The notes: generated by a model not told the origin, from the sequence alone. Shown: positions 9,317 to 18,088, counted from the stretch's first letter. The stretch is DNA of 64,000 bases from Patescibacteria group bacterium (GCA_028868715.1 JAGWUB010000001.1:53480-117479); one strand, 5' to 3'. Program-made: numbers and translations.

Positions 9317-9514
9317 GGACAAAATATAAGTATTTTGTTATACTATATGTGTAACTTTACAAATTTATTTTAACTTGGTTCGCAAGAATATTCCATATAT
9401 TATGAAGCGTTTAAGGAAAAATTTTAAAACTTTTTACCGGGCAGACAGAAAAATTACTTTGTCAAACTAAGACCATAATTATAGTGGCTCATTCTTGTAG
9501 GCTAAAAAAAGCTT

Positions 9515-11047
9515 ATGAGTATAACATTAATAACGATTCTAATAAGCGCAGTGGCGCTTCTTTTAGGTGCAGGTATCGGATACTACCTACGCTTGATAAT
9601 AGCTTTAGGCAAGCGAAGGTCTATCGAAATAGACATCAAGCAAATGATGGTTGGCGCCAAGGAGGAGGCGCAAAGGATCACCGATGAAGCCAAGAAGGCC
9701 TCTGAAGCCAAGCTAGCGGAATTAAAAGAAGAAGAAAAGAAAAAGGAGCAAGAATTTAAAGAAACTGAAAAAAGACTTATCAAAAAAGATGAGTTTTTGG
9801 ATGCTCGGCAGACAGAAATAGATAAAGAGGTAGAAAACATCAAAACAAAAGTAGAGGAAATAAAAAATATCAAAGAGAAAGTAATAAAAATAGAAGGAGA
9901 AAAGAGAGCTGAACTAGAAAAAGTAGCTGGGCTCTCCGAGGAAGAGGCCAAAGAAGAACTCTTGAAGGAAGTTGAGAAGAAATATGAAGAGGATATTGTA
10001 GTCAGAATCCAAAAAATTGAAAATGTGAATGAGGAAAAATTGGAAAGAAGGGCAAAAGACATTTTGGCCACCTCAATACAACGACTCGCTAAAAGTACTG
10101 CCTCCGAATTGATGACTACCGTCGTATCCATCCCAAACAATGAAATTAAAGGGAAAATTATAGGTAAAGAAGGTAGAAATATCAGGGCTTTTGAAAGAGC
10201 CGCTGGGGTGGAGCTCATCGTGGATGATACTCCGGGCTCAATCGTCATCTCTTCCTTTGATCCTATCAGGAGGCAAGTCGCGCGTCTGGCTTTAGAAAAC
10301 CTAATATTAGACGGACGAATTCAACCAGCCAAAATAGAAGAACTAGTAGAAAAGGCTAAAGAAGAAATAAATAAAATAATCAAAGAAAAAGGCGAGCAAG
10401 CCGTATACGAATGCGGAATCTTCAATCTAGACCCACGCATCGTCGCTATTGTCGGCAGACTTTATTTCCGCACCAGTTACGGACAAAATGTTCTCCAGCA
10501 CTCTGTAGAAATGGCGCACATCGCTGGTATGATTGCCGAAGAATTGGGCGTGGATGTAGCTATAGCTAAAGCCGGAGCCTTAGTGCACGACATCGGAAAA
10601 GCGCTTGACCACGAAGTCCAAGGAACCCACGTAGACATAGGTATGCGTATCTTGCAAAAATTCGGTGCCGACGAGCGAATTATTACCTCGATGAAGAGTC
10701 ACCACGAGCAATATCCATATGAAACGATTGAGTCTGTCATCGTTCAGACAGCTGACGCAATTTCCGGAGGACGACCTGGAGCTCGCCGTGACTCAGTAGA
10801 AAATTACCTCAAGAGACTTCAAGAGCTTGAAGCCTTGGTAAACGCCTTTCCGGCGATTGAAAAGTCATACGCGCTACAGGCGGGACGAGAAATTCGTATA
10901 TTTGTTACTCCAGAAAAAATTACTGACGCCGAAGCCAAGCTAATGGCGCGAGATATTGCAATAAAAATAGAACAAGAACTCAAATATCCAGGCGAAATCA
11001 AAGTCACGATGATACGAGAGACTAGAATTATAGAATACGCGAGATAA
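9515..11047 (+). CDS. rny: Ribonuclease Y.
   Basis: N-terminal TM, a coiled-coil region, a KH domain (GKIIGKEGRNIRAFERAAGVELIVDD) and an HD domain (LVHDIGKALDHE...SHHEQYPYE). Length is 510 aa. Confidence 0.9.
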   Translation: MSITLITILISAVALLLGAGIGYYLRLIIALGKRRSIEIDIKQMMVGAKEEAQRITDEAKKASEAKLAELKEEEKKKEQEFKETEKRLIKKDEFLDARQTEIDKEVENIKTKVEEIKNIKEKVIKIEGEKRAELEKVAGLSEEEAKEELLKEVEKKYEEDIVVRIQKIENVNEEKLERRAKDILATSIQRLAKSTASELMTTVVSIPNNEIKGKIIGKEGRNIRAFERAAGVELIVDDTPGSIVISSFDPIRRQVARLALENLILDGRIQPAKIEELVEKAKEEINKIIKEKGEQAVYECGIFNLDPRIVAIVGRLYFRTSYGQNVLQHSVEMAHIAGMIAEELGVDVAIAKAGALVHDIGKALDHEVQGTHVDIGMRILQKFGADERIITSMKSHHEQYPYETIESVIVQTADAISGGRPGARRDSVENYLKRLQELEALVNAFPAIEKSYALQAGREIRIFVTPEKITDAEAKLMARDIAIKIEQELKYPGEIKVTMIRETRIIEYAR

Positions 11048-11200
11048 AATCAAACACTTGCCTTAAAAAACCCTTGATATATAATAAATGTAGGCTACAA
11101 ATGTAGTAATTTATAAGTAAAAGGCCACCGTTCGCTCCACCATAGTGGAGCAAGCACCGGGGCAGGGTCGAAAGATTTACAAAAATAACTTTAAAAACAT

Positions 11201-11473
11201 ATGAATAAACAAGCATTAGCTGATTTAGTACATGTAAAGCTTGGTGGTACAAAGGTACAAGCCGAGGAAGTTGTTGATGGATTGTTTGATGCCATCATCG
11301 CGACTTTGAAAAAAGGTGGTGAAGTTTCAATCGCTGGCTTCGGAATCTTTTCCGTAAAGCAAAGAGCAGCTCGTATGGCTCGTAACCCAAAAACTGGAGA
11401 ACAAGTCAAAGTAGCCGCAAAAAGAGTTCCAAAATTCCGACCTGCAAAAGGTTTGAAGGACACTGTTGCTTAA
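11201..11473 (+). CDS. hup: DNA-binding protein HU.
   Basis: MNKQALADLV...GFGIFSVKQRAARMARNPKTGEQVKVAAKRVPKFRPAKGLKD is the HU/IHF fold signature. Confidence 0.9.
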   Translation: MNKQALADLVHVKLGGTKVQAEEVVDGLFDAIIATLKKGGEVSIAGFGIFSVKQRAARMARNPKTGEQVKVAAKRVPKFRPAKGLKDTVA

Positions 11474-11506
11474 ATTTTATCTCGCGAGACAAAATATAGC
11501 ATAAAC

Positions 11507-11533
11507 AAAAAACACCCTTATCGGGTGTTTTTT
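11507..11533. terminator. Bidirectional intrinsic terminator between hup (+) and lexA (-).
   Basis: The aaaaaacaccc-ttatc-gggtgtttttt hairpin has A/T runs on both sides. Confidence 0.6.
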
Positions 11534-11544
11534 GTTTATGCATT

Positions 11545-12138
11545 TTAATACTTCCTGATAACTGCCTTCACGACGGCATTTATATTTAAAGAGTGCTCTG
11601 GGTAAATTGGTTTGTATTTCTTGTTAGCTGGTTCGAGCCAAACTTTGTTTCCAGACTTGCGGAAATACTTCATGGTAAATTCTCCGTCTACTTCAGCGAT
11701 AACTATTTGCATATCACGGGCGATATTTGCTCGCTCCACGAGAACCATATCCCCTTTTTCAATGTGCGCATCAATCATAGAATCACCATCCACTTCGAGC
11801 ATATAAGTGAGTGATTTATTTTTTACCAACATATCGTCTAGGTTCACCGTGTCTACTTGTTCTTCTTCAACCGTAGCTGGTAGTCCAGCTGTCACTAGCC
11901 CAGCCATTTGAATACTGTTAAGATTTTCTGCAAAAGACTCTGACGGAATAAGTCTGCCCAAGTGATCCTTGGCCACCAACCCTGCTTCCATTAATTTCTC
12001 CACCACCTTAAACACGGCGTTCTTGGATTTGAAACCAAAGAGCTTCATCATCTCAGAATAGGTGGGCATTCGTTTATTTTTGGAGTAGAAAGATTCTATC
12101 TCGGTTTGATGAGAATTATGCATAGATATTCTTCTCAA
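11545..12138 (-). CDS. lexA: LexA repressor (S24 peptidase family).
   Basis: N-terminal winged helix-turn-helix. C-terminal autoprotease part reads VDGDSMIDAHIEKGDMVLVE...KYFRKSGNKVWLEPANKKY. Confidence 0.85.
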   Translation of the reverse strand: MRRISMHNSHQTEIESFYSKNKRMPTYSEMMKLFGFKSKNAVFKVVEKLMEAGLVAKDHLGRLIPSESFAENLNSIQMAGLVTAGLPATVEEEQVDTVNLDDMLVKNKSLTYMLEVDGDSMIDAHIEKGDMVLVERANIARDMQIVIAEVDGEFTMKYFRKSGNKVWLEPANKKYKPIYPEHSLNINAVVKAVIRKY

Positions 12139-12333
12139 AGAAGAGGTGAATTATCCTTTGCCCAAAGCTTTGCCTGGTATGGTAGCGAACTTTCTGTAAG
12201 AGTAGTTTATGGTCTCTCGCCTCCTTGAAGTAAGTCTCGCCTTGGAGAATCTTTAAATCAATTTTTTTATTAATCTTTTGTATTTCTCGTTCTAACATTT
12301 TTAAATATTGTGATTGAGACATATAATTGCCCA
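12116..12333 (-). CDS. Small coiled-coil ORF of about 72 aa, co-transcribed upstream of lexA, hypothetical.
   Basis: Begins at an in-frame Met downstream of the mapped promoter (MGNYMSQSQYLKMLEREIQKINKK...). It overlaps the lexA start by 23 nt. There is no recognisable Shine-Dalgarno sequence and no homology evidence. Confidence 0.3.
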
Positions 12334-12371
12334 TTTGCTGGGTGGTTAAAATACTAATTAACGACTTAACT

Positions 12372-12400
12372 AGTATAAGTGAACGAGCGTTCACTGTCAA
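12372..12400 (-). promoter_or_regulatory. Near-consensus sigma70 promoter (TTGACA, 17-nt spacer, TATACT) with a Cheo-type LexA box GAAC-N4-GTTC inside the spacer.
   Basis: The minus strand reads TTGACAgtGAACgctcGTTCacTTATACT. The palindrome tGAACGAGCGTTCa on the plus strand is at 12381-12392. Confidence 0.65.
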
Positions 12401-12439
12401 CAATATACCTGTGGATAACCCCCACACCTTTTGTTTTAT

Positions 12440-13990
12440 TTAAACATTCACCTTGGGTCGATATTGGATGGCTTCTAGGATGTGCTTGCCTTCAATCTCG
12501 GGAGAGTTTTCTAGGTCAGCGATGGTACGGGCAATTTTGATGACTCGGTGGTAAGCTCGCGCCGAGAGGCCGAGCCTCTCGGCGCTATCATCTAGCAAGT
12601 CGCGCACTTCTTTTTTTAATTTCACAATCCCCGACAAATCTTTCACATTCATTTCACTGTTGGTATTTATTTTTCTGCCGAGTTTTCCAAATCTATTCTT
12701 TTGAATCTCGCGCGCTCCTGCTACGCGCTCTTTTATCTTTTCGCTTTTCTCTCCATTCCCCTCTCCGCCGAGCTTCTTGTAATCCACGTTGCCGACCGAA
12801 ACCCAAAGATCAATCCGGTCCATGATTGGCCCAGAAAGTTTTCTTTTATATCTATCCAAATCAGATGGTTTACAAATACATGCCTTTTTCTTACTCCCAG
12901 CATTTCCACAAGGGCAAGGATTCATCGCCGCCACCAGTATAAAGTTTGATGGAAAGATAGCTGAGCCTTTAGCTCGAGAAATGGAAACAATATTATCTTC
13001 GAGAGGCTGACGCAAAGATTCTATGACTCTCTTTTCAAATTCTGGGAATTCATCTAAAAATAAAACTCCACGGTGCGCCAAAGTCACTTCCCCAGGCTTC
13101 GGATAAGTTCCGCCGCCAATCAATGATACGTACGAAGAAGTGTGGTGTGGGGCGCGAAATGGCGGAAAGCAAACCAGTTCACCTTGGGTACTACCAGCCA
13201 CTGAATGAATTCCAGTAATTTCTAACACTTCTTCAGTACTTAAGTCTGGCAATAATCCAGAAAATACTCTGGCGAGCATTGTCTTGCCAGTACCGGGCGG
13301 ACCATACATAGCAATGTTGTGTCCGCCGGCAGCTGCAATTTCCAATCCTCGTTTAGCAGTTTCTTGTCCACGAATATCAGAAAAGTCTCCACCTTTTATT
13401 TCTTTTTTATAACTTATGTTGGTTTTAGGTTGGCTAGGAATTTTCTTGGGGATTTTTTCACTTCCCCTAGCTGGAATATCTAAATGTTCTATGACTTCTC
13501 TCAAGTTGCTAGCTCCAAAAATTTTTATGCCTTCCACCAGCGCTGCTTCGACTGCATTTTCTTTTGGTAAATATATTTCTTCAAATCCACGCCTTTTTGC
13601 TTCTTCAGCCAGTGGCAAGGCTCCACGGATACTGCGCAGAGTGCCATCGAGACCTAGCTCGCCTAGAAAAATCTTCTTTTCTGAATCAAATTTTATTTCC
13701 CCAGCCGAGAGCAAATAGGCGACGGCAATCGCCAGATCAAAAAACGGCCCTTCTTTTTTCAAGTCGGCCGGTGACAATGATACTATTATTTTTTGATTTT
13801 TAGCTTTGGGAGATTTAAAACCAGAATTTTTTATTGCCCCACTGACTCTGTCTTTGGATTCATCTACTGCTTTATCAGGGAGACCCACCACGCTAAAGGT
13901 GTGTAGACCCTTAGATAAGTCTACCTCGATAGTCACGATCGCTCCTTTCAGTAAATTCACTTGTGCTGAATAAACTTTTGCGAAACTCAT
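12440..13990 (-). CDS. comM: Mg-chelatase-like AAA+ ATPase of the YifB/ComM family.
   Basis: The N-terminus resembles the Lon-type protease-like domain at the start of YifB/ComM proteins (MSFAKVYSAQVNLLKGAIVTIEVD...). Walker A is YGPPGTGKTMLA. The C-terminal segment is ComM-like. Confidence 0.85.
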   Translation of the reverse strand: MSFAKVYSAQVNLLKGAIVTIEVDLSKGLHTFSVVGLPDKAVDESKDRVSGAIKNSGFKSPKAKNQKIIVSLSPADLKKEGPFFDLAIAVAYLLSAGEIKFDSEKKIFLGELGLDGTLRSIRGALPLAEEAKRRGFEEIYLPKENAVEAALVEGIKIFGASNLREVIEHLDIPARGSEKIPKKIPSQPKTNISYKKEIKGGDFSDIRGQETAKRGLEIAAAGGHNIAMYGPPGTGKTMLARVFSGLLPDLSTEEVLEITGIHSVAGSTQGELVCFPPFRAPHHTSSYVSLIGGGTYPKPGEVTLAHRGVLFLDEFPEFEKRVIESLRQPLEDNIVSISRAKGSAIFPSNFILVAAMNPCPCGNAGSKKKACICKPSDLDRYKRKLSGPIMDRIDLWVSVGNVDYKKLGGEGNGEKSEKIKERVAGAREIQKNRFGKLGRKINTNSEMNVKDLSGIVKLKKEVRDLLDDSAERLGLSARAYHRVIKIARTIADLENSPEIEGKHILEAIQYRPKVNV

Positions 13991-14011
13991 ATTGTTTATG
14001 AATTATTAAAA

Positions 14012-14368
14012 TTACTTTTCTAGATGTTTTTTACAAGTTCTAGCCGCTGGATTGGCTTCTAGTCGGGCTGCTTCAATGTCTTTTTTACAAACTTCACACT
14101 TTCCAAAAGACTCTCTATTTATCCCCTTCAGTGCTTTCAAAATCATATTTAGTCTAGGCTCCAATGTCTTAATCATAGAACTTCGGGCCTCGAAATCCTC
14201 AAACCTATCCGCCATGTCATTTTGGTCCGACTGTGGAGAGCTAATCTCTTCTGGGGTCGCTTCCCATTCACCCGTATCAGGATCTAGTTTGCCCATATCG
14301 CGCAATTCTCCTAAAAGCATGTCGCGTTCCTTCTCTAATTTTTCTTTAATTTTTTTCTTATCTAACAT
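14012..14368 (-). CDS. DksA/TraR-family zinc-finger protein. The start is taken at an internal Met to avoid the upstream hairpin.
   Basis: CEVCKKDIEAARLEANPAARTCKKH matches a DksA/TraR-type finger with a C-x2-C ... C-x2-H variant. A coiled-coil region precedes it. Confidence 0.55.
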   Translation of the reverse strand: MLDKKKIKEKLEKERDMLLGELRDMGKLDPDTGEWEATPEEISSPQSDQNDMADRFEDFEARSSMIKTLEPRLNMILKALKGINRESFGKCEVCKKDIEAARLEANPAARTCKKHLEK

Positions 14369-14502
14369 GCCCAAATGATAACACTTTAATTTCCTATAGC
14401 AAGCCCCCACACCTTTTGTTTTTAACGAAAGGTGTAGGGGCAAGTACTATTTTTTTGTTTAATTCTGTGCTAGAATATTCGAGTGTTAATAATTTAATAT
14501 TG

Positions 14503-14635
14503 TTTTATCGAGAGTGGTGGTAGAGAATTGGCTCAGCGACCCCACAGCAACCTAAAATATAAGGTGCTAACTCCAACCCTAACCGGGAAAGATAATTAGT
14601 CATTATATTTCCTGTGTTATCAGGAATTTTTTGTT
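14503..14635 (+). ncRNA. SAM-I (S-box) riboswitch with a terminator expression platform, upstream of metK.
   Basis: P1 is ttatc...gataa. It contains AGAGtGGtGGtAGAGA, GCAACC, and AAGGTGCTAACTCC (consensus AAGGUGCCAAUUCC). The terminator hairpin ttcctgtgttatcaggaa plus tttttt is at 14609-14633. Confidence 0.65.
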
Positions 14636-14650
14636 TTCAATTATCTCACC

Positions 14651-15628
14651 ATGAAAAAAACAGCCGAATTTGTAAGCCCAAAACATCCCGACAAAATTTG
14701 CGATTTCATCGCCGACAGTATTTTAGATGCTTACTTGGAGGGCGACAGAGAAAGCCGAGTTGCGATTGAAATAATGGGCGGACACAATTTGATCACTATC
14801 AACGGTGAAGTTACTTCCAAGAGTAGTCCGAATATAGAAAAGCTGGTGAAAGAAATTGTCGGAGAAAGTTATAAAGTTGTAACCAATATTGTTTTACAAA
14901 GTACAGAAATTGCAGAAGGTGTGAACACCGGCGGAGCAGGAGACCAAGGAATTATGAAAGGTTATGCCACAAATGAGACAGCCGAATACCTACCACTAGA
15001 ATACGTACTGGCTCGTGATTTGTGCCAAAAAATATTTAATGTGTATCCCTACGACGGCAAAACCCAAGTAACTATAGAGGGTGACAAAGTGCTCACTGTG
15101 GTTGCCAGTTTTCAAAATACAAAAAATGACGAACTTTTAAAATTAACTAAAGAAATAATTAAATCTAATGAATATTTGATAAATCCAGCGGGAGAATGGA
15201 CATATGGTGGTTTTGACGCGGACACCGGACTTTCCGGTAGAAAATTAATCATAGACAACTATGGTCCGCAAATAGCAATCGGTGGTGGCTCTTTTTCAGG
15301 TAAAGATGCCACCAAGGTAGATCGCTCTGGTGCCTATATGGCGCGTTATGTCGCTAAAAATTTAGTTGCGAGTGGATATGGCAAAGAAGTATTAGTCTCT
15401 GTGGCGTATGCTATCGGCATGGCTGAACCATTGATGATAGAAGCTGTAAATGAAAAGGGTGAAGACTTGGCAGATATTGTAAAGAAAAATTTTGATTTTA
15501 AACCACTTGCCATCATCACCCGCCTCGGCTTGCGTGATCCGATCTTTCGCCAAACCGCCACCTATGGCCACTTCGGCAAACCAAATTTACCATGGGAAAA
15601 AGTTGAGAAAATAAAAGTAAAAAAGTAA
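14651..15628 (+). CDS. metK: S-adenosylmethionine synthetase, a short 325-aa form.
   Basis: Carries HPDKICD, GDQGIMKGYATNET, GLSGRKLIIDNYG...GGGSFSGKDATKVDRSGAYMARYVAKN and YGHFGKP motifs. Confidence 0.85.
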   Translation: MKKTAEFVSPKHPDKICDFIADSILDAYLEGDRESRVAIEIMGGHNLITINGEVTSKSSPNIEKLVKEIVGESYKVVTNIVLQSTEIAEGVNTGGAGDQGIMKGYATNETAEYLPLEYVLARDLCQKIFNVYPYDGKTQVTIEGDKVLTVVASFQNTKNDELLKLTKEIIKSNEYLINPAGEWTYGGFDADTGLSGRKLIIDNYGPQIAIGGGSFSGKDATKVDRSGAYMARYVAKNLVASGYGKEVLVSVAYAIGMAEPLMIEAVNEKGEDLADIVKKNFDFKPLAIITRLGLRDPIFRQTATYGHFGKPNLPWEKVEKIKVKK

Positions 15629-15685
15629 AATGACGAGCAGTTTCAAAGAAACTTGCTCGCCATTGATGTTTATCATCCTCTCCTT

Positions 15686-16171
15686 TTATTCAATTTTTAT
15701 CACTTTATAGTGGTGATTTTTGTTTGCATGGCAAAACTCCACTTCGTCACCGACCTCGGTGCCGAGAAGAGGCGCTACCAACGGTGCAGTATATGAGAAG
15801 GTGGGGATCTTCCCCATTTTTCTTTTTTCGAAAACAAGGAAACTACCGACCCGGAAAGCTCTTCCCCTCCCAGAGAACATCTCACGAACAGCCACAAGCC
15901 GTCCGATCTTTACGGTGCCATCGTTTGGCTCCGGATCTACGATGGTCGCCGAGTTTCGCAGGCGGATTAACTCCTTGGCCTTTTTGGCCCACATATTAAT
16001 GACCCGCTCTCCATCCATAAAGCCAGCATTCCCATATTCATCGCCACGTTCATCTTGAACGCTTTCTGCGACTTGAATCGCTGCTGTAAGCGCACGAGTG
16101 TTAGCCTCGTCAATTTCCCGCTCCAACGATTCAAGGCCGTCTTTTGTGAAATAAACTCTCATTTTCTCCAT
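15686..16171 (-). CDS. greA: Transcription elongation factor GreA.
   Basis: N-terminal coiled-coil followed by a C-terminal FKBP-like domain (...LLGTEVGDEVEF...YKVIKIE). Confidence 0.8.
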   Translation of the reverse strand: MEKMRVYFTKDGLESLEREIDEANTRALTAAIQVAESVQDERGDEYGNAGFMDGERVINMWAKKAKELIRLRNSATIVDPEPNDGTVKIGRLVAVREMFSGRGRAFRVGSFLVFEKRKMGKIPTFSYTAPLVAPLLGTEVGDEVEFCHANKNHHYKVIKIE

Positions 16172-16341
16172 CCCTCCAAGTTTTTTTATTTTTTAGAACA
16201 CAACTCCGTAATGAAGATAACATTTTTACGACATAAAGTCAAGTATCTGTCAACATGTTAAAATAGCCTCATTTATTGGTTAAAGTGATTGATATGGAGT
16301 TTGCTTGACTATAGGCATTACCTTGATACTATGAATAGTAC

Positions 16342-17004
16342 ATGGATCCTTCTAAGAAAGTATTAGTTTTGTTTTCTGGTGGTCGAGATTCTTCGTCAGT
16401 AGTTATTGAAATGGTACGTGCTGGATATTATGTGAAACTGTTTACTTATCAAGGTGGATTGCCAGAATTAGTTGGCCCACGTGGTGATTCAGCTCCCGAT
16501 ATTAGGCATATGGAATTAATGAAAGTTTTCCCAAAGAATATTGACGTGGAACGTATTATTACTGGGAATGCTTACTTATTAAGAAAATTAGCAATAGAAA
16601 AAACAAATAGTATGCATGTAGTGTATCCCATTGCCATTGCACTTGGTATACACGCAGGCGCTATTTTGTATTGTTTAGAAAATGGTATTCACGATATTGC
16701 ATGTGGATATTCTGGATATCAAGGAAAAGAAGACAGATATATTGAACAACGTGAAGACTTTTTCGATCGCATGAAAGTTTTCCTAAAAGATTATGATATT
16801 GAATATCATGCACCGATCATTAAGAAATCAAAAAATGAGGTAATGGATATATTAGAACGCTACGGAGTCAGCTCAAATTCACTTGAAAATAAAGCGATTT
16901 GGGGAGGTATTCCATTTGATATTGATAAAGCAGAGGAATATTGGGAAAAAGCGCTACCAGTGTTTAGGGAGTATATTGAGTATATGAGGCCTTCACATAA
17001 ATAA
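16342..17004 (+). CDS. PP-loop superfamily ATP pyrophosphatase (adenine-nucleotide alpha-hydrolase; QueC/ExsB-like without the zinc Cys cluster).
   Basis: SGGRDSS PP-loop motif (VLVLFSGGRDSSSVV). No C-terminal Cys cluster is present, so it is not a canonical QueC. Confidence 0.5.
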   Translation: MDPSKKVLVLFSGGRDSSSVVIEMVRAGYYVKLFTYQGGLPELVGPRGDSAPDIRHMELMKVFPKNIDVERIITGNAYLLRKLAIEKTNSMHVVYPIAIALGIHAGAILYCLENGIHDIACGYSGYQGKEDRYIEQREDFFDRMKVFLKDYDIEYHAPIIKKSKNEVMDILERYGVSSNSLENKAIWGGIPFDIDKAEEYWEKALPVFREYIEYMRPSHK

Positions 17005-17007
17005 AAT

Positions 17008-17565
17008 ATGAATTTATCTCCATATGTAAAGAAAGCATTATATTTTGCCGCTGAAAAGCATGATGGGCAATATCGTAAGGGTGGACATGTGCCATACATC
17101 GTACATCCTGTGCAGGTCGCATTTACTATATCTACATATACAAACAACGAAAATGTAATTGCCGCAGCACTCCTTCATGATGTCCTTGAGGATTGTGCTG
17201 ACGTATCCCTTGCTATACTTCAAAATGAATTTAATGATAGTACTGCTCAAATAGTTTACGAAGTAAGTCTTGTTGATAGTAAAAAATATAAAACCTGGAA
17301 AGAAAAGAAGAAAGCTTACTTAGAAAAAATAAAAAATGCGTCAAAAAACGCACTTATGATTGTTGCTGCTGATAAAATGAGCAATATGCATGGATATTTC
17401 TCAGCCTTAAGAGATAAGGGTGATTTAGTAGCCAAAGATTTTGGCGGAACAACTGATGAATATTTTTGGTATTATGTCGAAGTTGGCAAGGTACTTTTTT
17501 CAATACTTGGTGAACATCCTATTGTAAAAGACTACAATGATATATTAAAATTTTTTAGTAAATAA
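17008..17565 (+). CDS. HD-domain (p)ppGpp hydrolase-like protein (small alarmone hydrolase, Mesh1/SpoT-HD type).
   Basis: AAEKHDGQYRKGGHVPYIVHPVQVA...AAALLHDVLEDC matches the RelA/SpoT HD hydrolase core (HDGQ.R..G.PYI.HP..VA ... AALLHDV.ED). Confidence 0.7.
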   Translation: MNLSPYVKKALYFAAEKHDGQYRKGGHVPYIVHPVQVAFTISTYTNNENVIAAALLHDVLEDCADVSLAILQNEFNDSTAQIVYEVSLVDSKKYKTWKEKKKAYLEKIKNASKNALMIVAADKMSNMHGYFSALRDKGDLVAKDFGGTTDEYFWYYVEVGKVLFSILGEHPIVKDYNDILKFFSK

Positions 17566-17584
17566 ACTCTTACACTTTTTCTTT

Positions 17585-18088
17585 TTAAGAATTATATTTT
17601 CGATTATGATAACCTTCATGCAAGGTTTCATTTATTTCGTTGAAAGCTGTAGTGGTGATTTGTATTTCAAAAGGCATTTCATTTTTGTATGCAATAAATT
17701 GTAAAAGTTGTAACTTCTTACCTTCTTTAGATTCATCCGGACGTACCATTGGTTCTTTTATATAATCATGATCCAAATAGCCAGGGAAAGTTTGCCATAT
17801 TTTTTCAAGAACTTTATAAACATCGTCAACTGATTCTACTATAATACGTATACCATACACATCATCGATAGAAAAAATACTTTTTACGTTTTTTAACTGT
17901 ATTTTTTTCTGCAACGTTTCTGGGTCTTTTATACGGAAACTAACAACTTTATTTTTTACAGTTTTTTCTAAAAGTATTTTAATATCGTTCGATAGGTCTT
18001 TTATAGTACAACCTATACATTGTTCATACACAGAAACAGTCTCAGGTATTGTTTCATGTTTCTTTATTTTATTAAATGATTCTTTCAT
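17585..18088 (-). CDS. RelA/SpoT-family nucleotidyltransferase (small alarmone synthetase-like, 167 aa).
   Basis: Carries DDVYGIRIIV (the DxxGxRxx catalytic loop), EIQITTTAFNEINETLHEGYHNRKY (the ExQIRT...H..YK region, with Arg replaced by Thr), and a basic patch FRIKDPETLQKKIQLK. Confidence 0.6.
   Translation of the reverse strand: MKESFNKIKKHETIPETVSVYEQCIGCTIKDLSNDIKILLEKTVKNKVVSFRIKDPETLQKKIQLKNVKSIFSIDDVYGIRIIVESVDDVYKVLEKIWQTFPGYLDHDYIKEPMVRPDESKEGKKLQLLQFIAYKNEMPFEIQITTTAFNEINETLHEGYHNRKYNS

Noticed and set aside
9583-10248. 221-aa Ser-rich minus-strand ORF
   Set aside because: It is the antisense frame of the Lys/Glu-rich coiled-coil region of rny. Low-complexity mirror ORFs are a typical artefact.
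14369-14443. Longer N-terminus (TTG start at 14443) for the DksA/TraR-like protein
   Set aside because: The extension would be translated from the repeated 20-mer/hairpin and has no homology. The internal Met gives a typical ~118-aa DksA/TraR-size protein.
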